Source: Candidatus Aminicenantes bacterium (GTDB lineage Bacteria > Acidobacteriota > Aminicenantia > UBA2199). From it: a stretch of 64,000 nucleotides of DNA. The position numbers and the translations under genes were made by a program. A model generated the notes under the pieces. That model saw only the letters and a list, made by a program, of their open reading frames with translations. It searched no databases and was not told the origin of the DNA. The stretch covers positions 124,530 to 188,529 of the forward strand of contig CAWHBG010000003.1 in the NCBI GenBank assembly GCA_963827565.1. The letters run 5' to 3'. Below, piece after piece: positions 22,237 through 31,490 of the stretch. Numbering within the stretch: position 1 is the first letter of the stretch; each line of letters starts with the position of its first letter.

Positions 22237-22440
22237 CTACAGGTCAGATATTTCTCTGCGCATTCTTTTACGCATTCTTTTCTGAGCCTGGGCTATCTTC
22301 AGTCTTTTCCGTTCACCCGGTTTCAGGTAAACAGTGTGTTTTTTGATCTCTTTGATTATTGCTTCTGTCTGAACTTTTCTTTTGAATCTTCTGAAAGCAC
22401 TATCAAACGATTCACCCGGTCTTACTTCAACACTGGCCAA
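22237..22440 (-). CDS. rpsU: 30S ribosomal protein S21
   Basis: VEVRPGESFDSAFRRFKRKV...YLKPGERKR. Confidence 0.92.
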   Translation of the reverse strand: MASVEVRPGESFDSAFRRFKRKVQTEAIIKEIKKHTVYLKPGERKRLKIAQAQKRMRKRMRREISDL

Positions 22441-22567
22441 GATTAATCACCACCTTTTTTTATAATGGGATATTTATACTCTATTTCCCCTATCCTGTCA
22501 AGAATCACACCCCTTATACACCTTTATATTACAAATTCAATCATCTATAATCCATTTCAGGAACAGA

Positions 22568-24787
22568 ATGATAAAAAAAGGGAAAAAGAAGAAACAATTC
22601 CTCATCCTCGCGGGAGTGATCATTCCGGGAGTAATTATCAGCATCCTCGGCCTCTACTTTGTTTCCCGGCAGAAAGAGGCCGGAGAACTGAATCTGAAAA
22701 GGGAATATGAAAAAACCATTACTGACATAAGGGACGAGATCGAGAAGGAATCAATGGATATTATCAGCAGGGCTTATTCAGTATTTGACAGTTCTGACAT
22801 AAATCCCGAAGACCCATCATCAGTACTCGGGTCTGTTAAAGCTGCAGTAACAGCGAATCAGATCATCAAATACCCCTTTATCATCAATGCAGAGAGACAA
22901 TTTATTTTTCCCCTGTCGGCAGGGAAAGGGAAAAAGGTGCAAAAAAGCAGGGATGCAGCCCTGTCCGACCCAGTTGTCAGGCCTTTGTACATAAAGGGAC
23001 AAAAACTGGAGTTCAAAGAAAAAGATATCACCGGGGCGTTAAAAATATATATGAGATGTATCAGGCTTTCAGGATCAAGGGCATCTGCTCCCTATATTAT
23101 CAATGCCGTGGGAAGATGCTATTTTAAAGCCGGAAAGCTTCATCAGGCGTTATCCTATTACAGTGAACTCCGTAATAAGTACATTAATGCGATTGAAAGG
23201 GACCTCCCATTCCATCTCACAGTTATCCGGCAGGAAGCATTAACACGATCAAGCCTTGATCAGATAAGTGAATCTGCCGCTCTTTATTTGAATTTGTATG
23301 AAAAGATCGCAGAGCATGAAGCAAAAGCCGGACCCGGACAATTTGAAATGTATAAGAACGAGGCCCTGGATCAGCTCAGCAGGTTAAGAAGGACAAAAAC
23401 CGGGAGGGGAACAGGTCCCTTAATAAAAAACTTTCCCGAACTGGAGAACATCACACCTCTTGACAGGATTATTGACTGGACATTCACAGATCCGGAAAAC
23501 CTGGATCAACTGGCAGAGAACAGCCCCAAAGAGCCCGGAAGTGATAATTTTGATAAACTCAGTGAACTCTATACCCCCAGTGATGAGAAAACCTGGTTCT
23601 ATAGAATAGTAAGAAATTTTATAGACAAGGGAATACCAGGGAACAAAATTGAGATCAAACCTTTCCTTTTCTTTCCAAAGAACCGTAAGATCACGATAAG
23701 TTACAAAAGATCCGGTACTGATAAGAACAAAGATCATGTTATTACCGGATTTATGATCAACGAAGATCACATACTTGAAAATATTGCCCCGAAATATCTG
23801 AAAAATGCCGGATTGAGCAGTAATGCAATCATCAGGATCGGTTATGACAACAATATATATAATTCAGATCAGGAAAAGAGCGGAGAATTTTTACTCCTCC
23901 GTTCTCCATTCACCGAAGTACTGAACGGATATTCAATAAAAATTTTTTCAGCTGACAAGTACCTGTTCCATTCTCTTGCCAATAAAGAGGTATTAATTTA
24001 TTACGGTTTGATCGTGTCACTGGTCCTTGTGTTGATACTTGGAACAATATTGTTCCAGAAATACATTATCCGGGAATCAGAGCTCCTCCGTTCCAAAGGT
24101 GAGTTCATTGACCGGGTATCCCACACATTAAAGACCCCGTTGACCCGAATGAGCCTCCTATCTGAAAATATTCTGTCAGGCTGGATAAAAGATGAGAAGA
24201 AGAGAGAAGAGTTCCTTAAGAGTATTATTTCAGAAACGGGAAGGATGAACGATACTATTAACAATATGCTTAATTTCTCTCAGATCGATTCGGGGAAAAA
24301 ATTATACAAATTCACCAATGTCTCCTTAACAAAAATAATTGAAGAATATTTGAGGAACAATTCAGAGGAATTTTCAGAATTTCAGCCGGGGATCACTACA
24401 GATATCGAAGAAGGAGTTCCTGACATCAAAGGTGACCCGGACGGATTAATGCTCATAATATCCAACCTGGTACAGAATAGTATCAAATACTCCCCCGGAG
24501 AAAAGGACATAAAAATATTATTAAAAAGGGAAGGTGATCAACTGAGACTCGAAGTCAGGGATAAAGGTATAGGGATCACATTCACGGATCAGAAAAAGAT
24601 CTTTGACAAATTCTTCCGTTCGGGAGACAAAACCGTTTCGGCAATTGAAGGGAGCGGACTTGGCCTTTTTCTTGTTACCCATGCAGTTAATGCCCACAGA
24701 GGAACCATCAAAGTAAAAAGTCTCCCGGGTGAGGGTTCCACATTTATTGTTTTACTACCCGTCAGTGATAAAATAGAGGGACAATGA
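22568..24787 (+). CDS. Sensor histidine kinase with TPR-containing extracytoplasmic region
   Basis: Two TM segments; H box VSHTLKTPLT; N box NLVQNSIKYS; G boxes DKGIGI and GSGLGL. Confidence 0.92.
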   Translation: MIKKGKKKKQFLILAGVIIPGVIISILGLYFVSRQKEAGELNLKREYEKTITDIRDEIEKESMDIISRAYSVFDSSDINPEDPSSVLGSVKAAVTANQIIKYPFIINAERQFIFPLSAGKGKKVQKSRDAALSDPVVRPLYIKGQKLEFKEKDITGALKIYMRCIRLSGSRASAPYIINAVGRCYFKAGKLHQALSYYSELRNKYINAIERDLPFHLTVIRQEALTRSSLDQISESAALYLNLYEKIAEHEAKAGPGQFEMYKNEALDQLSRLRRTKTGRGTGPLIKNFPELENITPLDRIIDWTFTDPENLDQLAENSPKEPGSDNFDKLSELYTPSDEKTWFYRIVRNFIDKGIPGNKIEIKPFLFFPKNRKITISYKRSGTDKNKDHVITGFMINEDHILENIAPKYLKNAGLSSNAIIRIGYDNNIYNSDQEKSGEFLLLRSPFTEVLNGYSIKIFSADKYLFHSLANKEVLIYYGLIVSLVLVLILGTILFQKYIIRESELLRSKGEFIDRVSHTLKTPLTRMSLLSENILSGWIKDEKKREEFLKSIISETGRMNDTINNMLNFSQIDSGKKLYKFTNVSLTKIIEEYLRNNSEEFSEFQPGITTDIEEGVPDIKGDPDGLMLIISNLVQNSIKYSPGEKDIKILLKREGDQLRLEVRDKGIGITFTDQKKIFDKFFRSGDKTVSAIEGSGLGLFLVTHAVNAHRGTIKVKSLPGEGSTFIVLLPVSDKIEGQ

Positions 24788-25473
24788 AAAAAATACTCCT
24801 GGTCGAAGATGACAAAACGATCGTTGATGCCCTGACCTCGGCCCTTGGCTTTCATGATTATTCAGTTCAGTCCGCAGAGAGCAGTGAAGAGGGTTATCAA
24901 AAATTCACCGGAGAGAAACCCGACCTCCTCATCCTAGACATCAACCTGCCCGGGGCAGACGGATTCGAATTGTGCCGGAAGATCAGAAAGGAGGATCAGA
25001 CTGTTCCTGTGATCATTCTGACCGCAAGGGTGCAGGAGAGCGATAAGCTCCTGGGATTTGAGCTCGGCGCCGATGATTATGTTACAAAACCGTTCAGTGC
25101 AAAGGAGTTGATAGCCAGGATCGGAGCTGTTCTGAAGAGAGCAGAGTCAGCTCACGCCAAAAGGGGACAGACACCTTTGAAGATCGGTGAAACCGAGATC
25201 CTCCTTGAACAATTCATTATAAAGAAAGGGGGCAAAGAATCTCCATTATCACCGAAAGAGCATCAGATACTGAAACTTTTTCTGGAGAATCCCGGAAAGG
25301 TGATATCCAGGAATAAAATAATTGATGAAGTGTGGGGTGATGAATATTTCCCCTCACCGAAGACAATTGATAATTTTATTGTAAAACTCAGAAATAAAAT
25401 TGAAGAAAACCCGAAGGATCCAAGACACATCATCACCCTCCACGGAGCCGGTTACAAACTGGTCCTGGAATAA
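24784..25473 (+). CDS. OmpR-family response regulator
   Basis: ILLVEDD, PDLLILD, GADDYVTKPF, C-terminal winged helix (LRNKIE...HGAGYKL). Confidence 0.95.
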   Translation: MKKILLVEDDKTIVDALTSALGFHDYSVQSAESSEEGYQKFTGEKPDLLILDINLPGADGFELCRKIRKEDQTVPVIILTARVQESDKLLGFELGADDYVTKPFSAKELIARIGAVLKRAESAHAKRGQTPLKIGETEILLEQFIIKKGGKESPLSPKEHQILKLFLENPGKVISRNKIIDEVWGDEYFPSPKTIDNFIVKLRNKIEENPKDPRHIITLHGAGYKLVLE

Positions 25474-25703
25474 AATATCATCCATTTGTTCAAATAGCAT
25501 AGGCTTATTCCATAATTGCTTTTGACTACCGCAAAATCCTGCTGGTATTTTGCTGGACGTCCCCCCTCCGTTCGATATTAGCGAGACTCGGGCTTCCAGT
25601 CCCGCAAAAGCAAAACATGGAAGCGCCCCAATAAGTCCTGAACAATATGGATGATATTTAACTGAGAGTAAACCAGTTTTAAGTTCAGGAATAGAAACGC
25701 GCA

Positions 25704-25820
25704 GCCATCCATCTGCTGAAGCGGGCACCGCAGGGGGACTCGCAGAAAATCGATCCCCCCGAGGACGGCAGTGTTAGGCGGATGAGAACATCCGTAACGT
25801 GGAGCGGAGCAGATGATGGC
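25704..25820. other. GC-rich multi-stem intergenic element (candidate ncRNA, leader or MITE)
   Basis: Outer stem 25704-25717/25808-25820 (13 pairs, 1 bulge) enclosing GGGGGA/TCCCCC (25733-38/25754-59) and CGGATG/CATCCG (25779-84/25789-94). Confidence 0.45.
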
Positions 25821-25986
25821 GGGAGCGGTATCATTCTTAGATTCAAATCGTCACAAGAAGTATGTACGAAGTAAAACATATGATAAGGGAAACAATAATG
25901 ATTACCTAATTGTTACTAATTGATTACAATTAAGAGACCTCTTTTTATTTGATCCATATTATTATGATGTTGTAAAAGGAGAGAAC

Positions 25987-27411
25987 ATGAAAAAATTATT
26001 ATTTAAGATCATTGTCATTCTTATTGGCATCATTGCATTGTGGGCGGGATTCAACCTGCTGACAGATATCAGCGAACCCGAGTTCGAGGCGGTAAAAGGG
26101 TACAACACAAAAAACATTATCACCTTTTTGAACGATCTCTTTCCACCGATCCCAGTTACGAAAGAGAATGGATTTTACAGGTTATGGACCCTGGGAGAAC
26201 CCTTTGATGCTGATATAGAATCCATGGAATTACTTCAAGATCAGAAAGATCTCAATGATCCTGAAAAAGCAACCGTTGAGGGGGTAAAAGCCTGGGCAGA
26301 CAATACCTGGCATCCCAAGAAAAGAAAATTCCATGAGTATCTCAAAGGAAAAAGGTCTGAGATCTATAAGAAAAGTTCTACCTGGGATAATTATCCCCAA
26401 TATGCGAATAAGGACTGGGGGAGAATACTCTTAAAGGAGAAGAAGTATGTTCTGGAAATGCAGAAACTCTTTGAACCGCTTATGACAAGATATGAGGGTG
26501 TGATCAATGCAGACTATTTTGAGGATTATACATTGATCGTACTGGAGAAAGACAAAGTAAATTTTGCTGCTCCGATCCCAAATCTTCTTGCCTGGCTCTA
26601 TATTGCAAAACAATACAATTGTGTGAATGTTCTGGATGCGCTGGAGGGGGATTGGGAGAAGGCAGCATCAAGACTGATCGATCACCTGGAATTCTCTATG
26701 AAAGCGATCAAAGGGAGCAGGACACTGATCACCAACCTGATCGGTAAAGCGGTAGCAAAGTTCTCGCTGGCAGGGCTCGCATCCATCATGAATCAGCCCG
26801 AATGTCCCGAAACAATTTTTAATCTTGTACTTAACAGGCTTGATGATATCAGCTATGAGGAATACGGGTCGGAAAAACCGTTGTTGGCTGAGGGATTCAG
26901 CACAAGCCAGGTCAAAAAAAGTATCCCGTTCTGGCAGAAGAACAGGACAAAAAAATATTATTTTGATTTCATCTCCAGACTTTTAAAGAGTGAAAGAACC
27001 CCCCCGTATAAGTGGGGTATTGCTCCCAATAAGATAAAAGATGTGAAAAAGGGATTCTTCTGGTGGGTACAGAACCCTCTCGGTAAAGATTTTTTCACTG
27101 ATTTTAATGCAAACTTCCCCACTATCATACTCAAATCATGGCACCTGAAGACAATGTATGACATGGTTAGGATATCTGCGGAACTTCACCTGAAGTATGA
27201 TCCGGACAGATCTGTCCAGGAAAATTTAAATTCCCTTGATCTGTATAAATCACTGATCGATCCATGCTCGGGGAAACCCTACAAATGGCATGAAAAGAAA
27301 CAGATGCTCTACAGCTTTGGCGCTGACAGGGACGATGACGGCGGAAAGGACGGCCCCTTAAAATCATGGGATGCCGATTTTTTCATTCCTGTCCACCTCT
27401 ATATCAAATAG
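25987..27411 (+). CDS. Membrane-anchored hypothetical protein with a GspG-C-terminus-like motif
   Basis: N-terminal TM segment; C-terminal DPCSGKPY...LYSFGADRDDDGG. Confidence 0.6.
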   Translation: MKKLLFKIIVILIGIIALWAGFNLLTDISEPEFEAVKGYNTKNIITFLNDLFPPIPVTKENGFYRLWTLGEPFDADIESMELLQDQKDLNDPEKATVEGVKAWADNTWHPKKRKFHEYLKGKRSEIYKKSSTWDNYPQYANKDWGRILLKEKKYVLEMQKLFEPLMTRYEGVINADYFEDYTLIVLEKDKVNFAAPIPNLLAWLYIAKQYNCVNVLDALEGDWEKAASRLIDHLEFSMKAIKGSRTLITNLIGKAVAKFSLAGLASIMNQPECPETIFNLVLNRLDDISYEEYGSEKPLLAEGFSTSQVKKSIPFWQKNRTKKYYFDFISRLLKSERTPPYKWGIAPNKIKDVKKGFFWWVQNPLGKDFFTDFNANFPTIILKSWHLKTMYDMVRISAELHLKYDPDRSVQENLNSLDLYKSLIDPCSGKPYKWHEKKQMLYSFGADRDDDGGKDGPLKSWDADFFIPVHLYIK

Positions 27412-27432
27412 TTGTCTGAAAAAGGGTGGGGG

Positions 27433-30168
27433 TTATTTAACCTTCCACCCCTTCTTATTGAAAATATCCGCTATTTTCCTTCCCTTATAATTCTTCAGGT
27501 GACCGATCCATTTTTTCTCGATCGTTCTGAAATAGTTTTCAGCATCCCGTTTTTCGAAATAGTGTTTCAGAAAAACATTTTCACCCTCAAATTCCGGGAC
27601 TGAATAAAACAGGAACTTCTCTTTCCCCTTCCCCTTTCCTCCGGTAAATTCAACCGGAAACGGGACATCCTCCAGCAATTCCATTCGGGCGGGTTTTCTT
27701 TCCCTTGCCCACTTGTCACGGAATATTTTCTCTTTTTTCCATCTGTTGAACGCGTACACGGCATAATCCCAATCGGAAAACTTCCTTTTCCCCAGTTCAA
27801 TTCCGCATACTTCACCGGTGGGAAGAAGAAGATCACCCTTCTCAACATTCTCAAAATCAGCATGGTCAAATTTAATAAAGGGCTTTCCTTTAAAATAACC
27901 GATAATAAATTTTCTGCCTGCGACCAATATCTCCCCGGGCCACTTCTTCACTTTCAGGTCGGAGATCACATTCGGGGGGAGGAGAGCCTTAAGGGTTAGA
28001 TTATTAAACTCAGTATGAAAATTGAAAAATATATCAAGATCGGGATTATTCAGGTCATTTACTATCTTTCCGGAAAGGTAGTTGTCCCGATAATAACCGA
28101 ACGGTTTATATTTATATTTAACAACTTTTTTTACCTCATAAAAAGTTTTCTCAATCAACTTGATCCTTTCACTTAATCTGTACTTATCCCCATTCTCATT
28201 CCACCACTTCAGAACATTTGGTAAAATCAACTTTCTTGTCTCATCATTTTTTAGATCCGGTGAACTGGTGAATTGAGACAGGCAAGACCCACCGAAATAG
28301 ATTGAATTAAAAAGTGAAATTGTATTCTTCTCTATCCTCACCTCAACATCCTTACTGTAACTGAAAGGTTTAAGTTCATCCAGAATCTTTAAAGAAATTT
28401 CCGAAGCAAAGGTAAGCAGGGAGATCGTATATTTTTCCTTCTCACCGGTATACCTGTTTTCTCTTTCCACCATCAGATCGAAGGGGAAACCCGAGACCAT
28501 TTCCGGCATTGTTTCGAAAAGGACAGATTTCCTGTCCAGCTGCCTCTCCTCTTCATCTTTAAAATAACTCTTATCAGTACGTGTATAAACATGATCAATA
28601 AACGAAGAGAGAATAGCCCTGTAAAGATCCTTATAATTTATTTCAGATCTTACATGTTGCTTTCTGTTAGTTAAAAAAAGTCTGTTTTTTAATTCTTTAT
28701 AAATATCCCTGGCAAGTGAAAGGCTTTTAAAATTGATGATCTTTTTAAACTTTGATGCGGCGTCCCAAAGGAAAAGCTGATTAACAAGATCGGATAACCA
28801 GAGATCTGAATAGATCCGCTCACCTGCGAAATCCTTGCTTACTATCCCTTTCGATTCAAGTATCGATATCAGCTTCAATCCCATATCAAGGGTTGCAGGT
28901 GTACTCTTCTGTACCTCGATCAAAAGCCTTGCCCCTCTTGTAGAGACAGGGAGTTCCGCCATTTTTTTTCCGTCCTCTGTAATCTCACCTTCATCATCAA
29001 CAGCGCCAAAAACCTTCAGATTTTCGATCGCTTTATAAATAAGGCTTCTTTTCGGAGAATGGAAATAGGGGAAATCAAGGGGTGATATTCCCCATTTGAT
29101 CAACCTGAGTACAACAGATTCGAGATTCAGCCGCCTGATCTCGGGTTCGGGGAATTCTTCCCTATCATCCAGGGGAATATCGGAACAGAGGATATAGGTC
29201 CCATCCTTTACACGCCCCGCCCGCCCGGCCCTCTGGAGACAGTCTGAACGGGATATCTCAACCGGATAGAGACCTTCCACCCCTTTTATATTGTGGATCT
29301 CCTTCTTTACTCCGTCATCGATCACACCGTCAATATCATCGATAGTGAGACTGGTCTGGGCAATATCCGTGGCCACGATCACTTTCGGTTTCCCGTAATG
29401 TGAAAACACCCTGGACTGCTCTTTAACCGTTAATCCCGAGTGGAGAGGAAGGACCACCGCATTCAGTTCATCCTCATCAAGGGTCCGCTTGAGAAGATCG
29501 ATAAACTCATTGATCTCACTTTTCCCAGGGAGAAATACCAAGACATTTTTACCTGATTCAACCATTTGAACCGTATCTGAGAGGAGGAAATGTGAACTGT
29601 TATTGTGCATGGCCACCGGATAACCCCGCCCCGGCACTGAGATAACGGGCGCATGGTTGAAGAATTTCGACAATTTCCCCGCATGCAGCGTGGCGCTCAT
29701 GATAACCACCCGCTTACCACTTTTTTTATAAAATCCGTTATCTACCCGCTTCTTAACAATACCAATCAGAACTTCCTGGTTCAGGTTCCACTCATGGATC
29801 TCGTCGAGCAGCAGAACGTCATAATCGAGTTTACCCCTGATCTCATTGATCATCTGCACGCCGTCGGTCAGGTATAGCAATGTGGTTTTTCCGGTTTTTT
29901 TCTTCTCGAATCCCGTCTGGAATCCGATCTCATCTCCCCATTTTGTCCCGGTATTACCCGATAAAAAATAGGAGAGGGACCTGGCGGCGATCCGCCTGGG
30001 CTGAGTAATATTCACCCTTTTACCCTTCTGATGAAGCCACAACGGTACCCTCGTTGATTTTCCCGCACCGGTCTCGGCTGTGAGAATTGTGATAATATTT
30101 TTATCTATAGTTGACTCTATTTCATTTCTGAACTCATCTATGGGCAGGACAATTGCATTGTCATTCAT
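27433..30168 (-). CDS. HrpA/HrpB-like DEAH-box RNA helicase
   Basis: AETGAGKST, QPRRIAA, LLDEIHE, MSAT, ATDIAQTSLT, QRAGRAGR. Confidence 0.9.
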   Translation of the reverse strand: MNDNAIVLPIDEFRNEIESTIDKNIITILTAETGAGKSTRVPLWLHQKGKRVNITQPRRIAARSLSYFLSGNTGTKWGDEIGFQTGFEKKKTGKTTLLYLTDGVQMINEIRGKLDYDVLLLDEIHEWNLNQEVLIGIVKKRVDNGFYKKSGKRVVIMSATLHAGKLSKFFNHAPVISVPGRGYPVAMHNNSSHFLLSDTVQMVESGKNVLVFLPGKSEINEFIDLLKRTLDEDELNAVVLPLHSGLTVKEQSRVFSHYGKPKVIVATDIAQTSLTIDDIDGVIDDGVKKEIHNIKGVEGLYPVEISRSDCLQRAGRAGRVKDGTYILCSDIPLDDREEFPEPEIRRLNLESVVLRLIKWGISPLDFPYFHSPKRSLIYKAIENLKVFGAVDDEGEITEDGKKMAELPVSTRGARLLIEVQKSTPATLDMGLKLISILESKGIVSKDFAGERIYSDLWLSDLVNQLFLWDAASKFKKIINFKSLSLARDIYKELKNRLFLTNRKQHVRSEINYKDLYRAILSSFIDHVYTRTDKSYFKDEEERQLDRKSVLFETMPEMVSGFPFDLMVERENRYTGEKEKYTISLLTFASEISLKILDELKPFSYSKDVEVRIEKNTISLFNSIYFGGSCLSQFTSSPDLKNDETRKLILPNVLKWWNENGDKYRLSERIKLIEKTFYEVKKVVKYKYKPFGYYRDNYLSGKIVNDLNNPDLDIFFNFHTEFNNLTLKALLPPNVISDLKVKKWPGEILVAGRKFIIGYFKGKPFIKFDHADFENVEKGDLLLPTGEVCGIELGKRKFSDWDYAVYAFNRWKKEKIFRDKWARERKPARMELLEDVPFPVEFTGGKGKGKEKFLFYSVPEFEGENVFLKHYFEKRDAENYFRTIEKKWIGHLKNYKGRKIADIFNKKGWKVK

Positions 30169-31483
30169 CCCCTTCCATCCTCTTTATCTCTTCTTTGATA
30201 TTTTTCCAGTATTTTATCCTGTCCCTTATCTTCTTTTCGAACCCCATGGTATTGGGTTCAAAAAATCCGGAAGCTTCCACGCCCTCAGCCATGGTATTCA
30301 TTATGGTTGTTTTTTTAGGGTGATCATGAGCATAAGCATATCCTTTCCCCGCGCCTTTTTCCCTGCTCAGAAAATTTGAGGGATTTATTATATGCAGGGG
30401 TACTTTTGCATCAACATATTTCTCAATGATCTTCTTCATTTTCTTTTCGGTCTTATATATGGAGTTACTTTTCGGTGCCGAGGAGAGATAGATTATCCCC
30501 TGAGTAAGGAAAAGATCTCCTTCAGGTGATCCGAGATATTCATATGCATCTTTAATGTTCAGGCACAAGGGAAGAGCTTCCGGATCGGCGAAACCGATAT
30601 CTTCAACGGCAATCCTTATCATCCTCCTGATTATAAAGAGAGGATCCTCTCCCCCCTCCATCATTCTATAGAGCCAGAACAGAGAAGAATCAGTATCTGA
30701 ATTCCTGACTGCTTTATGAAGCGCCGAAATATATGCATATCTGTCATCACCCGTCCTGTCATAGGACCCGATCTTCTTCTGGACTATATCCCTGACACGC
30801 TCAGTATCCGGAACTTCTCCGTCAGACAGGGAATTAAGTACCAGTTCGAGAATATTCAGCAGCCTTCTCCCGTCTCCGTTACTTAATTCAATCATCAGAG
30901 CTCTGACATCACTTCCGGGATCTAAACCTGCCCCTGTTTTCTCACTGATAAATTTAAGAGCCCTGTTTATAATTTTCCCCATATCTGTTTCGGACAGAGG
31001 GTTAAATTCGAGAACCCTCAATCTTGAGAGGAGGGCCCTGTTCATTTTATATGCAGGATTTTCTGTCGTTGTTCCCATCAGTATAATATCCCCGCTCTCA
31101 ACATAGGGGAGAAAAGCATCCTGGATATGTCTGTTGAAATGGTGAATCTCATCTACGAACAGAACCAGCGGTTTCCCTCCGATCTTTTTCATATCGGATG
31201 CCTTCTTCATTAAATCCCTGATCTCACCGATCTTTGACACAGTTGCGGAAAATTCAGATGAGGGGAGATCGAGCTGCTTTACCAGGATCCTCGACAATGT
31301 TGTTTTTCCGGTTCCCGGGGGGCCCCAGAATATCAGTGAACTGAGATACCCTTTATCAATGAATGACCTTACGATCTTTCCAGGCCCCGTAAGATGTTCC
31401 TGGCCCGTAAAACCGGATATATTTTCCGGACGAAGCTTGTCGGCCAGCGGGAAAATATCTGATACATTTATATTTTTTTCCAT
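30161..31483 (-). CDS. rarA: Replication-associated recombination protein A (RarA/MgsA)
   Basis: PLADKLRP, WGPPGTGKTT, LFVDEIHHF, GTTTENP, ISALHKAVRNSD, EDIGFADP. Confidence 0.93.
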   Translation of the reverse strand: MEKNINVSDIFPLADKLRPENISGFTGQEHLTGPGKIVRSFIDKGYLSSLIFWGPPGTGKTTLSRILVKQLDLPSSEFSATVSKIGEIRDLMKKASDMKKIGGKPLVLFVDEIHHFNRHIQDAFLPYVESGDIILMGTTTENPAYKMNRALLSRLRVLEFNPLSETDMGKIINRALKFISEKTGAGLDPGSDVRALMIELSNGDGRRLLNILELVLNSLSDGEVPDTERVRDIVQKKIGSYDRTGDDRYAYISALHKAVRNSDTDSSLFWLYRMMEGGEDPLFIIRRMIRIAVEDIGFADPEALPLCLNIKDAYEYLGSPEGDLFLTQGIIYLSSAPKSNSIYKTEKKMKKIIEKYVDAKVPLHIINPSNFLSREKGAGKGYAYAHDHPKKTTIMNTMAEGVEASGFFEPNTMGFEKKIRDRIKYWKNIKEEIKRMEGDE

Positions 31484-31490
31484 CTGTAGA

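Noticed and set aside
27433-30168. Helicase as part of an anti-phage system
   Set aside because: Ordinary HrpA/HrpB motifs in a core operon with rarA and purL, with no defence partners.
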